Notes: a model not told the origin generated them from the letters alone. DNA of 64,000 nucleotides from an uncultured Acidimicrobiales bacterium (GCA_963803875.1 CAWDOA010000010.1:57-64056); one strand, 5' to 3'; shown: positions 49,822 to 59,467, numbered from the stretch's first letter. Translations and numbers: made by a program.

Positions 49822-50298
49822 TTACCTCAGCTTGCGGTGAGCGGTGAGCAGCCGGGCTTTGAGTCCGAAGCTTTCGAAGAAGTTTTTCGTGGCACGATCC
49901 CCGGGTAGCGCCCAGGCGTCGACGCCAACACAACCGCGGCCGTCCAAGTCGGCCACGAGTAGATCCATCATGGCTTCGCCTATGCCAACACTCCTTGCAT
50001 CGGGATGGACCGCGAAATCGTGAAGTCGCCCGAGAGTGCCGCCACCGTCGAGTTGTTCGATTGTCCACACCGCATAGCCGAACACCACCCCGTCGAACTC
50101 CCCCACTGCGCAGCCGGCATTGGCTGGTTCTGAGATCGCTTTGGAGGCACGCCCCCTCGGCGTATCAAACCCAATCTCCAACGCCGTGAAGATAGGCCCT
50201 CCCCGTGCCTCCGGCAAAGGCTCGAGCACGGCGTCGCCAATTGCGGCGATGGCATCGAGATCATCGGCCGTGGCGATTCGTGCCGACTCGTAGCTCAC
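49822..50298 (-). CDS. GNAT-family N-acetyltransferase
   Basis: 158-aa ORF. LHDFAVHPDARSVGIGEAMM matches the acetyl-CoA-binding motif A pattern. Confidence 0.75.
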   Translation of the reverse strand: MSYESARIATADDLDAIAAIGDAVLEPLPEARGGPIFTALEIGFDTPRGRASKAISEPANAGCAVGEFDGVVFGYAVWTIEQLDGGGTLGRLHDFAVHPDARSVGIGEAMMDLLVADLDGRGCVGVDAWALPGDRATKNFFESFGLKARLLTAHRKLR

Positions 50299-50844
50299 CT
50301 AGGATCTCAGACGATCGAGCTTGGCCAAGACCGTCTTGCGGTTCCGATTCGATGTTTCGTAGCCGCGCACACGGTCACGTTGAGCCGGTGTGAGATCATC
50401 GAGCAGCGCAACGATTTCGCGGGCCGTGAGGTCGTCGTATCCCGCTATCGGAAGGCGGGGCCCACCGGTCGGTTTCTTCGGTGTGCTCATGGGCTTGGTC
50501 TTCGCCGTCTTCTTCGCTCGTGCTGGCGGTACCTCATCGACGTCGACGACGTCGATGGGTGGCGTTTCATCTTCGGGTGGTGCCAAACCGACCGCCTGGC
50601 CGAACTCGGTGATTCCGCGTGCCGCAACGGTGGCCAAGGTCGTGAGGGCATCAGCGGTGGCACGCTCAGCTCCGGAACCACCTTTGGACGCCGCCATGCG
50701 ACCGAGGAACATTCCCAGTTGCACCTGCGATCGACCCTTCTTGACCAGCTGAGGTAGCACTTTGCGATACTCGTACACGAAGCCGATCGGCGCGTACAAC
50801 ATGACATCGAAGAGATCGAGATCGTGCTTTTCCTTGGATGCCAT
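50299..50844 (-). CDS. Hypothetical protein with a C-terminal Rho_N/SAP-like helix pair
   Basis: The start is taken at MASKEKHDLDLF. The C-terminus is IAGYDDLTAREIVALLDDLTPAQRDRVRGYETSNRNRKTVLAKL. Confidence 0.55.
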   Translation of the reverse strand: MASKEKHDLDLFDVMLYAPIGFVYEYRKVLPQLVKKGRSQVQLGMFLGRMAASKGGSGAERATADALTTLATVAARGITEFGQAVGLAPPEDETPPIDVVDVDEVPPARAKKTAKTKPMSTPKKPTGGPRLPIAGYDDLTAREIVALLDDLTPAQRDRVRGYETSNRNRKTVLAKLDRLRS

Positions 50845-50861
50845 GGCCGTTTGATCCTCCC

Positions 50862-51329
50862 TCAGGAGAAGATTAGCGAAATTGAGGGGCAGTCGGGATC
50901 GCCCACCGGGCAGCGGGGGTTCTTCGGGGAACCGAACTGGCTCCGATTGACCATGAGGAAACAGCTCTGGCACACGAACTCACGGTCCCGCTGTGCAATC
51001 ACCTTGGGTGCGTCCTCGTCGTCTTCTTCTTCGTCGTCATCGTCGGTGGCCATTCGATCCTGGAGTATGTCGCTCAGATCGGCCTCGATATCGTCGGGGT
51101 CGAGTTCGTCGTCGTCGTCATCGTCGTCGGTGGCGACTTTACGGGCCCGAGGAGCAGGGGTTTCGTCGGCCTCGTCGTCCTCTTCGTCGTCATCGCTCTC
51201 GTCGTCGGCTACGAAGTCGTCTTCGGCGAGGTCCTCGTCGAGGTCTTCGGCGTCGAGGTCGTCGGCGTCGAGGTCCTCGTCGAGATCGTCGGCCTCGTCG
51301 AGTGCTTCGTCTTCGATTTCTTCAGCCAT
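50862..51329 (-). CDS. DUF4193-like protein: polyacidic N-terminus and a C-terminal Cys motif
   Basis: A long D/E-rich region is followed by RDREFVCQSCFLMVNRSQFGSPKNPRCPVGDPDCP. Confidence 0.7.
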   Translation of the reverse strand: MAEEIEDEALDEADDLDEDLDADDLDAEDLDEDLAEDDFVADDESDDDEEDDEADETPAPRARKVATDDDDDDDELDPDDIEADLSDILQDRMATDDDDEEEDDEDAPKVIAQRDREFVCQSCFLMVNRSQFGSPKNPRCPVGDPDCPSISLIFS

Positions 51330-51446
51330 CTAAAACCTTCTGATTGAACGCAATCGTGTGGATCGGGCGGACTCTACAGATTCCACTGCCAACTCCCACC
51401 GTGTCGAGGGTCCGATTCTTCAGATCCGGGCGAGAAACGACAGCAT

Positions 51447-52355
51447 CTACTTTGCGACGAACATGGCCCGATGGGATGTCACGTTGGCCACATAGGAGTG
51501 AGTGCTCGAGTACCAGCCGTTTGCCCGCACCGATCCCTGTCCTTGGTAGTAGGCGGCGATGGCATCATCTTCGTTGCCCATTTCCTTCAGCAGCCACCCC
51601 AGGTACGCCGCACTCATACGAATGTTGTCGGCGGGTTCGATTCGACTCAGAGACGGATCGCCAATGATGCTGCGGGCGATCCACTCGCCGGTGGCGGGCA
51701 TGATCTGACCGATTCCGAACGCTCCTGCACTGGACACCTGATCATTGCGCCAGCCCGACTCCTGCCAGGCGACTCCCATCATCAGGTCTGTCGGAACCCC
51801 GTAGTGAACGCTCCAGCGTTCCAAATCCGGGAGAATCGCCAATCGCACGGGATCATTGAGAATTCTCGACGGGAGGTTTGGGTAGTTCGACGCCGCCCCC
51901 GGAACTCTCAGTGTCTGACCGATTCGAATTCGGTACGGGCTGGTGAGGTTGTTCAACCGGGCGATCTCCTGCCAGCTCACATCGAGCCGTGCGCCAATTC
52001 GGCTCAGCGAGTCACCAGCGATCACCGTGTAGCTGCCGGTACCGCCGCTGAAGTCGGCCGGATCGACCGGTTTGGGTCGCTCTGTGGGAGCTGGGTTGGA
52101 AGCAGGTGTGCTCGACTGGCTGCTGCTGTGGGGTATCCGCAGGACTTGTCCTATCCGGATCCGATTCGGATTCGAGATGTCGTTCTCGTTCACCAGTTGG
52201 TTGACAGTCACGTCGTATTTCTGTGCGATATGGCCCAACGTCTCGCCGGAACGAACCGTGTGGGACTCATGAGCGGCCGCCGGCGACGCCGAGACGAGGA
52301 CAGCAGCGCCTGCAAGCGCGGGGACAACAAGGGTTCGATAGATCCTGGAGTGCAT
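51447..52355 (-). CDS. Secreted LysM-LysM lytic transglycosylase (SLT domain)
   Basis: There is a signal peptide and two LysM repeats (HTVRSGETLGHIAQKY..., YTVIAGDSLSRIGARL...). The SLT catalytic region reads MGVAWQESGWRNDQVSSAGAFGIGQIMP. Confidence 0.85.
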   Translation of the reverse strand: MHSRIYRTLVVPALAGAAVLVSASPAAAHESHTVRSGETLGHIAQKYDVTVNQLVNENDISNPNRIRIGQVLRIPHSSSQSSTPASNPAPTERPKPVDPADFSGGTGSYTVIAGDSLSRIGARLDVSWQEIARLNNLTSPYRIRIGQTLRVPGAASNYPNLPSRILNDPVRLAILPDLERWSVHYGVPTDLMMGVAWQESGWRNDQVSSAGAFGIGQIMPATGEWIARSIIGDPSLSRIEPADNIRMSAAYLGWLLKEMGNEDDAIAAYYQGQGSVRANGWYSSTHSYVANVTSHRAMFVAK

Positions 52356-52482
52356 CTAGGCCTATCGGCCCACACCGCTGTCGCTAAAGCGGTTCGAACA
52401 ACCGGCCTCCAGATCCAGCGCGGGACAAGCGCCGCCCGCCCGTCTCGCGGGCGACATTGGGATGATGGGGTGGGCCGGTTCG

Positions 52483-52866
52483 TCAAGCGAGGCGCGCCAG
52501 CGCCGAGTGAGAACATGGACCGAAGAGGCCGCCGTTCGTCGGCGCTATGCGCCTCCTCTCTGACCAGTATCCTAGCGCTCGCCCCCGGAGGGAATCCGCT
52601 CCCGGGCGACCCAGAGGGCCGTGTCCATGAAGCGAGGGCCGCCAGGCCCGAGTGAGAACATGGACCGAAGAGGCCGCCGTTCGTCGGCGCTATGCGCCTC
52701 CTCTCTAACCGAGTATCGGCGCTACGCGCCGAACTCGCCCCCGGAGGGAATCCGCTCCCGGGCGACCCAGAGGGCCGTGTCCATGAAGCGAGGGCCGCCA
52801 GGCCCGAGTGAGAACATGGACCGAAGAGGCCCGAAGGCGAGCGTGGAGGGCCCCCGGAGGGAATCT
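52483..52866. repeat. Tandem array (about 2.5 copies, periods 145 and 156 bp) of a structured intergenic repeat
   Basis: gagtgagaacatggaccgaagaggcc recurs at 52505, 52650 and 52806. Each unit carries ggcgctatgcgcc, cccccggagggaatccgctcccgggcg and gggccgccaggccc stem-loops. The array abuts the stop codon of the ThyX-like gene. Confidence 0.85.
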
Positions 52867-54493
52867 AGTGGAGGCTGGCGCGCTTGGCTTCGGCACGCCG
52901 TTCGGCTTCGAGCCGCTCGAGATCAGCCTCGGAGCTGTGGTTCACGAACTTCATCATGGCCGCAATGGCTTTGTGGCCGGCTCGTTCGGCGATAGCGGTA
53001 TGCATCTGCTGAGCAACTGCACGATAGGCAGGGTGGCCTTGGGGGGTGGACCGCAGTTCCAGCATGTGCATCGCCGAGCGCGCATTGAGATTCATCATGA
53101 AACGCACCCGGTAGGCGAGCGATACCGCATACGAAGCTGACGATCCAAAGGGCTCCAGCGCGCCGAACAGTGCAGCCGAGCGATGCATCGCCGCATCGAA
53201 GTCGTCGGTCAGGCCGATTTCGTCGATCAGCTCTGGGCGGGTGTAGCCGTGGCTCGGATTGAGTTGCTGCCACTCGACAGTCAGGAGGCGGTGGCGTTGA
53301 AGATCACGGAAGGCCCCGTAGTCGGCCAGGATGTCGAATCGGTATGCGGGTCGCTCCAACGCCCGTCCTGGCCGGTGCCGGCGGTTCTGCCGATTGCCGG
53401 CGTAGGCGCTCATCACTCTCATGCGGTCTTCGACGCTCATGGCGTGCACCTGCTCGGTGAGAACGGCCTCAGAGAGTCGGGAGTAGGGATAGAGCATTGC
53501 GACGACGAGCTTCACTTCGGCTTCGGGATCGAAATCGACCAGGTCAACCCGAGCCCCTTGGTCGGCAGGGCTGGTTTCGAGCAGCTCGGAAGCGAGCTCG
53601 GACATGTGCATGTTGACGTCGCGGAGATATTCGCTGTGTGCTCCACCCCGCTCCGCTATGTCAACCCGCCGCACGAAGGACGGGATAACTTTGCGCAGCT
53701 CAGTGAGCATCAGATCTGCGTAAGCATTTGCCTCCGGCAGCGGATTGGCTCGCATCCGCAGGAGCATCTGCTCATAGGCCTGCCCGCTGGCGTAGATGCC
53801 GACATTGCTCTGTGCGGCGGAGGGGAGGATGCCACGTACGGCATCGAGCGCCTTGGCTTTCACGGCTTGCCGGTAAATGAAGTCGCTGTCACCCGGAGCT
53901 TTGGGAATGATCTCCTTGATGTGGTCCTCCACCTTGGGCGCCATCTGGGAGTAGGTGTCGAACAGACGATCCATGTCGCCCACGTATCGGGTGCCGAAGT
54001 TCGAGGCGAGGATTTCGGGGTCCCGGTAGTAGCGGTACCGACCGCCGTACCGGGAGTCGTAGGGGATGTATCGAGTCGACTGCTCGAGGTAGGAAGCCAG
54101 CCGTCCCCATTCGAGCACCTTGGTGAGGAGGTTGGACGCCTGTTCACACGCCAGATGAACCCCACCCAGCTGGGCAACCGAATCGTCGCCGTACTCCACG
54201 AAGATCCGTTCGTACAGGCTTTCGGCTCGTTCGAGTCCGATCGTGGCGTCGATCGTGGCGTCACCTTCGATGTCGAGTTCATTGACGAACTCGTCGAGAA
54301 ACAGGCGGCGCAGGCTCTTGGCCGAACGCGAGTACCGGGCGAACAGTGCCCCTTTCACCACTTCGGGCAGGTTGACGAGAGCGAACACCGGTCCATCGAG
54401 ATTGGTGAAATACCGGCGAAGCACGTCGGCCTCGGCCGACGTGAACTCCTCTGCGACGTAGGCTCCCACGGGGGTCAAGGGTATTGCGGCCAC
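52865..54493 (-). CDS. Double-domain ThyX-like flavin-dependent thymidylate synthase family protein
   Basis: 542-aa ORF. The C-terminal half has the ThyX signature context YGAFRDLQRHRLLT. The N-terminal half is a second, divergent ThyX-like module. Confidence 0.65.
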   Translation of the reverse strand: MAAIPLTPVGAYVAEEFTSAEADVLRRYFTNLDGPVFALVNLPEVVKGALFARYSRSAKSLRRLFLDEFVNELDIEGDATIDATIGLERAESLYERIFVEYGDDSVAQLGGVHLACEQASNLLTKVLEWGRLASYLEQSTRYIPYDSRYGGRYRYYRDPEILASNFGTRYVGDMDRLFDTYSQMAPKVEDHIKEIIPKAPGDSDFIYRQAVKAKALDAVRGILPSAAQSNVGIYASGQAYEQMLLRMRANPLPEANAYADLMLTELRKVIPSFVRRVDIAERGGAHSEYLRDVNMHMSELASELLETSPADQGARVDLVDFDPEAEVKLVVAMLYPYSRLSEAVLTEQVHAMSVEDRMRVMSAYAGNRQNRRHRPGRALERPAYRFDILADYGAFRDLQRHRLLTVEWQQLNPSHGYTRPELIDEIGLTDDFDAAMHRSAALFGALEPFGSSASYAVSLAYRVRFMMNLNARSAMHMLELRSTPQGHPAYRAVAQQMHTAIAERAGHKAIAAMMKFVNHSSEADLERLEAERRAEAKRASLH

Positions 54494-54563
54494 ACGCCCC
54501 GGCCGCGGATCAAGGCGCTGTTATTCCAGCAGCCCCAGATTGTTCCTCCGTGGAGTTCCGGGC

Positions 54564-55151
54564 TCACACGACGACAAGACCGGCGTCAGGGCGAACCCTC
54601 ACCTCGATCTGGCTCGCTCGCTTGGTTCGCTGCCCATCGACCCTCACCATCGTCGGCTGGTCGAACCGAAAGGTCATCGACGGCTTTCGGGTCATGGTGA
54701 GCGCTGGGTGTGGCAGGTGGGTTCCGGTCCCAGCCCGCCGCCTGGCCATCCATCGTTGTTGCCAGGGCAGTGTCCCGGTTGTCACGTCGACCAACCCGTC
54801 GTTGGGATGGGACCGGGGACCGAGGTACAGGCCATCGACCCATGCGGCGTTCATGGCGACCAGGAACGGACCTGCCCACAGCCGACGCCTGACCACGACG
54901 TGAGCCACAGCGACCAAATAGTGGTCTGCGTCGAGTTCGACCTCGAGCAGGTCAACCGGGTAGGCCAGCGGTCGTAGCCCCGCTGTCGCCCCGCCGCCCA
55001 GGGTCAGCAGCAGATCTCCCCCGGTCACCGTGCAAGGAGCGGTGCCGTTCGCCTCGATGTGTTGGGCGAGGGCGGCGTCGGTGGCAAGAGAGGGCCAGGC
55101 TGGATCGATTTCGGATTCAGAACCGTACGCACTCCCCTTGCTGATCACCAT
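54564..55151 (-). CDS. Hypothetical protein
   Basis: 195-aa ORF directly downstream of helY, with a 1-nt overlap. HPNDGLVDV resembles the C-terminal part of DAGK/YegS-like proteins, but the match is weak. Confidence 0.5.
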   Translation of the reverse strand: MVISKGSAYGSESEIDPAWPSLATDAALAQHIEANGTAPCTVTGGDLLLTLGGGATAGLRPLAYPVDLLEVELDADHYLVAVAHVVVRRRLWAGPFLVAMNAAWVDGLYLGPRSHPNDGLVDVTTGTLPWQQRWMARRRAGTGTHLPHPALTMTRKPSMTFRFDQPTMVRVDGQRTKRASQIEVRVRPDAGLVVV

Positions 55152-57877
55152 CAGGCGGCGTCACCGGTGTTGGAAGCGCTTGAATCGGCATCTTGATCGG
55201 GCTCGACGTCCGGTTCAGGATCCGGTCCAGCCTCGTTGCTCACCTGCGACACCGTGACAAGATCGCGGAAAAGAGCGTCGGCCGCCTGACGGGCAGCGCG
55301 TTGGGTGAGTGGGAGCGGCGCCAGCACTGCGATCTGAGTCATGAGATCTACAACCTGTTTGATCGTTCTAACGAAATCGCCCGGTGTCGTTTCGCTCTCG
55401 GTCAGCACCGGATCAAGGTCGACTCCCAATGCCCACTGATAGGCGACGTTCATGAACCCGGGATCGGGTGCCCTTGTCTCGGGAAGGTGGGCGTGTCGCT
55501 CCTCGCGGGAAAGGTACCGGTGCAGCCTCTCCACCGCCTTGTACCGGCGGCGGAGTTCGCTGGTCGGAAACGCCACGCTGACCTTGGAACGGCCCGACGA
55601 TGTGTTTCTCCCTCGGGCGATGGTCGTCTTGGACCCTCGGCTGCGATCCTCGTAGCCGAAGATCGACGCAAGAGCAGCCACTTCCGGAACTGTGAGACCG
55701 TCGAACACTCCGTCCTCGAGCGACTCCACGACCAACAGATCCGCCTCGTGATACATGCTGGCGAGCCTCCTCCCCGAGCTCGTTAGCGTCCAATCCTCGA
55801 CGTGACCTCGGGAACGAAGGACCGCCAGGACCGAGTCGAACTGTCGGGCCAGAGAATCGGTGTCGGCCACGACCGACCCCCGCAACCGATCGGTGTCCTT
55901 CTCCAGCCGCTCCAGCCGTTTGAGCGCCTTGATCGCAGGTCGCGGTATCGAACCGCCATCACGGCGGGCCTGGGCTCCGGTGGAACCGGGGTCAGGGCGA
56001 CGACGGCGTTTGGGGCTGATGAGTCGGGCCCGAGCAAGGTCTTGGCTGATCTCGTAGATGAAGGTCACGCTGTTGGGCAGGTACGGCTGCGGAACATCGA
56101 ACGAACCCACGACGATCGGCATCTGATCGAGCGACTGTCCGTTGAGTTCGTAGGTCTCGGTGTCGACGTCGACCCCAACGACTTTCACCCGGTTGCCTTT
56201 GCGGTAGGCGACCGACACAACTGCGAGATGGGGCGGTAGGTCCGGACCGTCAACTTCGATGATCTGACCTGGTTTGAGCTGACTGAGAGCGAAGCTCACA
56301 TCGTTGGTCGGCGGGTCGTCCTCAGCGCGTGTTGCGACCTCGCGGACTGCTGCCCGCAGCTCCTCCAACGGTCCGAACTCACTTTCGATCTTTCGAATCA
56401 CGTTGTCGCGACGATTCAGCAACCGCTCCAGTTCGTGTTCAGAGCGAACAATGCCGGCGTTGGCCCGGAACTGTGCAAAGGAAAGATTGAGGAGTTGTCG
56501 AGCACGGTCCGGTTCATACCGCCGCACGAGGTTGGCAGTCATGTTGTAGGTCGGACGGAAAGCGGAGGTGAGGACGAATTGTCGGCTCGACGCCAAGCCG
56601 GCAACTTGTTCGAAGGTGATCCACGGTGACCACAACACCAGCGCCTGGCCGACATCGTCGATTCCGCGTCGCCCGGCCCGACCGGTGAGCTGGGTGTATT
56701 GAGCGGGGGTGAGGAACTCGTGGTGATCGCCGGTCCATTTGGTGAGCTTGTCGATCACGACGGACTTGGCCGGCATGTTGATTCCGAGCGCAAGGGTCTC
56801 CGTGGCGTACACCATCTTCACCAACCCGCGAACAAACGCAGCCTCCACCAGCTCCTTGAAGACCGGGACCATCCCGGCATGGTGAGCGGCCACTCCCGCT
56901 TCGAGTTGTTCCAGGAACCGGTGGAATCCGAGCGTGTCACGTTCGTCGGTGGTCAGAGCGGCGGCGTGCTGCTCTGCCAGCGCTCGAATCTCAGCCCGTT
57001 CCTGCGGTGTGGTGAGGGTGATGCCGGTCGACGACACCTCACTGGCGGCGTCGTCGCACGCAGCCCGACTGAAGATGAAGTGGATTGCCGGCAACATCTC
57101 GGCTCGACGCAGTTCCCGGAGCACCTCGGGTCTGGTTGGGGTACGCCACCGCCGAGCCGGGCGTTTCTGCTTTCCCGGTGGGCGCTTTCGTCGCGTTCCA
57201 CCACTGAACGCCGTGTTGGCGTCTTGATCGAAGTCGAAGCCGCGGGAGTTTGGTTTCGACCCCGTGAGGGTGGGGATGACCTGCACGGACCGACCGCCTC
57301 GCTCGGCGACCACGTAGCGGTTCTCCAGCTCGACGGGCCGGGTCGTTTCCACCACCAGCCGGGTCGGTCCCCGGACGGTCTCGATCCAATCGGCAAGCTC
57401 GCGGGCATTGCTGACCGTGGCCGAGAGGCAGACGAGCTGCACACGATGGGGCAGATGAATGATGACTTCTTCCCACACTGGCCCTCTGTAGGAGTCCTGA
57501 AGATAGTGAACCTCGTCCAGAACCACGGTGGCCAGCCGTTCGAGCTCGGCTCCCGCATACAACATGTTCCGCAGGACTTCGGTGGTCATCACCACGATCG
57601 GAGCATCAGCATTGATGGAGTTGTCCCCGGTGAGCAGGCCCACGGCCGCGGATCCGTGTTCATCCTTCAGGTCGTTGAACTTCTGGTTGCTCAATGCCTT
57701 GATCGGTGTGGTGTAGAAAAGCCGACGCCCGAACCTCAACGTCCTACGGGCAGCATGTTCGGCGATGTAGGTCTTACCCGAACCGGTCGGAGCCGCCACG
57801 ATCACGTGTTCGCCGGCGTCCACCGCTTCGGTCGCCTCGATCTGGAATCGATCGGGAGTAAACGACAGTTGAGCCAC
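55151..57877 (-). CDS. helY: Ski2-like DEAD/DEAH-box RNA helicase HelY
   Basis: Intact 908-aa ORF with AAPTGSGKT, DEVHYL, SAT and HHAGM. It shows the classic actinobacterial synteny with tatC and tatA. Confidence 0.9.
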   Translation of the reverse strand: MAQLSFTPDRFQIEATEAVDAGEHVIVAAPTGSGKTYIAEHAARRTLRFGRRLFYTTPIKALSNQKFNDLKDEHGSAAVGLLTGDNSINADAPIVVMTTEVLRNMLYAGAELERLATVVLDEVHYLQDSYRGPVWEEVIIHLPHRVQLVCLSATVSNARELADWIETVRGPTRLVVETTRPVELENRYVVAERGGRSVQVIPTLTGSKPNSRGFDFDQDANTAFSGGTRRKRPPGKQKRPARRWRTPTRPEVLRELRRAEMLPAIHFIFSRAACDDAASEVSSTGITLTTPQERAEIRALAEQHAAALTTDERDTLGFHRFLEQLEAGVAAHHAGMVPVFKELVEAAFVRGLVKMVYATETLALGINMPAKSVVIDKLTKWTGDHHEFLTPAQYTQLTGRAGRRGIDDVGQALVLWSPWITFEQVAGLASSRQFVLTSAFRPTYNMTANLVRRYEPDRARQLLNLSFAQFRANAGIVRSEHELERLLNRRDNVIRKIESEFGPLEELRAAVREVATRAEDDPPTNDVSFALSQLKPGQIIEVDGPDLPPHLAVVSVAYRKGNRVKVVGVDVDTETYELNGQSLDQMPIVVGSFDVPQPYLPNSVTFIYEISQDLARARLISPKRRRRPDPGSTGAQARRDGGSIPRPAIKALKRLERLEKDTDRLRGSVVADTDSLARQFDSVLAVLRSRGHVEDWTLTSSGRRLASMYHEADLLVVESLEDGVFDGLTVPEVAALASIFGYEDRSRGSKTTIARGRNTSSGRSKVSVAFPTSELRRRYKAVERLHRYLSREERHAHLPETRAPDPGFMNVAYQWALGVDLDPVLTESETTPGDFVRTIKQVVDLMTQIAVLAPLPLTQRAARQAADALFRDLVTVSQVSNEAGPDPEPDVEPDQDADSSASNTGDAA

Positions 57878-57879
57878 GG

Positions 57880-58671
57880 CTACGTGACGGGGCGGGCGTA
57901 GGGATCCTTCTTCTTACGGCGCGAGCCGATGAGGATCGAGAGTTCGTAGAACAAATACATCGGTACGGCCAGTACACCGAGGGTGAAAGGGTCACCGGTT
58001 GGGGTGATGATCGCCGCCAGGACGACAACGAAGATCAACGCCACTCGACGATTGCTCTTGAGGGTTTGAGTTTGAACCAATCCGACGAGTTGGAGGAAGA
58101 CGAGGATTACCGGCAACTGAAAGGCGATTCCAAACGCAAGGATCATCTTCGTGAGAAAGCTGAGGTACTGATCGGCGGTGAAGAATGCCTCGAACCGGTC
58201 TCCACCAAGATCCAGTACGAGAACTTGAAGAGCCCGGGGAAGGAACCAGTACGCCAGCGTCATGCCCACCGCGAGCAGGAAGGTGGCTACGACCAGATAC
58301 GGCGCAAGGGCCCGCTTTTCGTGTTTGTACAAGCCGGGCAGAATGAACCGGCCCAGCTGAAACAAGATCACGGGCAGAGCCAGGATGATGCCGCCGTATC
58401 CCGAGAGCTGAAGTTTGACGTTGAACGGTTGCAGCGGATCGGTGGCAAGGAACGTGCAGTCCTGCCCGACGTCTTCTCGGAGGTCACAGTAGGGAGCGGA
58501 TAGAAACTCGAGAACGGGCCCATAGAAGATCCACACGGCGATCGCACCGATGAAGATTGCGATTGCGATCTTCATCAGACGGGTACGCAGTTCTTGCAGA
58601 TGACCCATGAGGGTCATCTCGCTCGGACCGGGCCCCTTGGGGTTCTCGGAACGCCTAAGCGGGTTCTTCAT
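57880..58671 (-). CDS. tatC: Twin-arginine translocase subunit TatC
   Basis: MTLMGHLQELRTRL is followed by six hydrophobic segments. The start is ambiguous (58671 or 58617). Confidence 0.85.
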   Translation of the reverse strand: MKNPLRRSENPKGPGPSEMTLMGHLQELRTRLMKIAIAIFIGAIAVWIFYGPVLEFLSAPYCDLREDVGQDCTFLATDPLQPFNVKLQLSGYGGIILALPVILFQLGRFILPGLYKHEKRALAPYLVVATFLLAVGMTLAYWFLPRALQVLVLDLGGDRFEAFFTADQYLSFLTKMILAFGIAFQLPVILVFLQLVGLVQTQTLKSNRRVALIFVVVLAAIITPTGDPFTLGVLAVPMYLFYELSILIGSRRKKKDPYARPVT

Positions 58672-59365
58672 CAGCGTTTTCAGCGGCGTGCTGGTCTTCG
58701 ACGGCGGCGCTCGGTAGGGAGTGACCGTCTTCAAGCTGTCGGGCTGCTTGGGCCTGGGCAGTCACGTCGTCGATTTCATCCGGTGCGCCATCGGAAGCGT
58801 TGTTTTCTGAAGAGGCCGAACCTGCGGCCGCAGCCCCGGACTGGTAAATCGGATCCCACGGGTTGACCGGTGGGGTGACCTCAAGTTTCTTGGCTCGGGT
58901 TGGTTCGGTGATCGGCTGAACACGATCCGCAGCCCACGGATCGCCGCTCCCACCGGGCACCGTGCTCTGAGCCGTCGTAGGCGTGCTCTCAGCCGTGGTA
59001 GGCGTGCTCTCAGCCGTCGTAGGCGTGCTCTCAGAGGTCGTGGTGTCGGCAAAGCCATGGGGGACGATTGGATCTTCCGCCGTCCCCGAGCCCCACTCGT
59101 TGACATTGGCTGCCTCGGTGACGGTCTTGCTGAGATCGGTCATCCCGGTTTGGAATTCGTTCATACCCTCCTGGAATTCCTTGAAGGTGTCCTGCATCGG
59201 TTCGGTGGCTGCCATGAACTCTGCCCGCAGCGAGCTGCTCATCTGGCGAGCCTGCGCCGCGTATTGGCCCATCTTGCGGACCAACCCCGGAAGCTGCTCT
59301 GGGCCGACCACCACAAGGGCCAGCACGATGATGAGGGCAAACTCCTGGCCCCCGATGTTGAACAT
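58655..59365 (-). CDS. TatA/TatB-family translocase subunit with a long repetitive tail
   Basis: The N-terminus is MFNIGGQEFALIIVLALVVVGPEQLPGLVRKMG. The tail contains ESTPTTA x3, encoded by 21-bp repeats. Confidence 0.85.
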   Translation of the reverse strand: MFNIGGQEFALIIVLALVVVGPEQLPGLVRKMGQYAAQARQMSSSLRAEFMAATEPMQDTFKEFQEGMNEFQTGMTDLSKTVTEAANVNEWGSGTAEDPIVPHGFADTTTSESTPTTAESTPTTAESTPTTAQSTVPGGSGDPWAADRVQPITEPTRAKKLEVTPPVNPWDPIYQSGAAAAGSASSENNASDGAPDEIDDVTAQAQAARQLEDGHSLPSAAVEDQHAAENADEEPA

Positions 59366-59443
59366 GGTTCTAGGCTACCGGCGGCGTTCCCACCACCGAG
59401 AGCACGACTCCACAACAACGAGCGCCGATCCCAAAACGGCGAA

Positions 59444-59467
59444 GTGACCTCGACGGATCGAGGTCAC
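59444..59467 (-). terminator. Perfect 10-bp stem, 4-nt loop hairpin downstream of the 59527-59856 gene
   Basis: The hairpin is gtgacctcga-cgga-tcgaggtcac. On the minus strand a partly T-rich tract follows (ttcgccgttttggg). Confidence 0.5.

Noticed and set aside
50824-51333. 169-aa Ser-rich plus-strand ORF and 116-aa Arg-rich ORF (50993-51343).
   Set aside because: Both are antisense or out-of-frame images of the polyacidic DUF4193-like gene. GAC/GAG/GAA repeats read as Ser or Arg runs on the other strand or frame.
52356-52866. Possible ydaO/cyclic-di-AMP riboswitch upstream of the LysM-transglycosylase gene. Such riboswitches often precede cell-wall hydrolase genes in Actinomycetota, and the repeat contains GGGAAUCC, GCGACCCA and ACCGAA-like strings.
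   Set aside because: The suggestive strings are on the plus strand, which is the wrong strand for the minus-strand gene. On the correct strand the 5' leader lacks the conserved ydaO core as I recall it. A covariance-model scan would settle the question.
52621-52995. 124-aa plus-strand ORF with repeated peptide MKRGPPGPSENMDRRG inside the 145/156-bp array.
   Set aside because: The peptide repetition merely mirrors the DNA repeat. The unit lengths are not multiples of 3, so the frame is not maintained across units. The ORF runs antisense into the ThyX-like gene.
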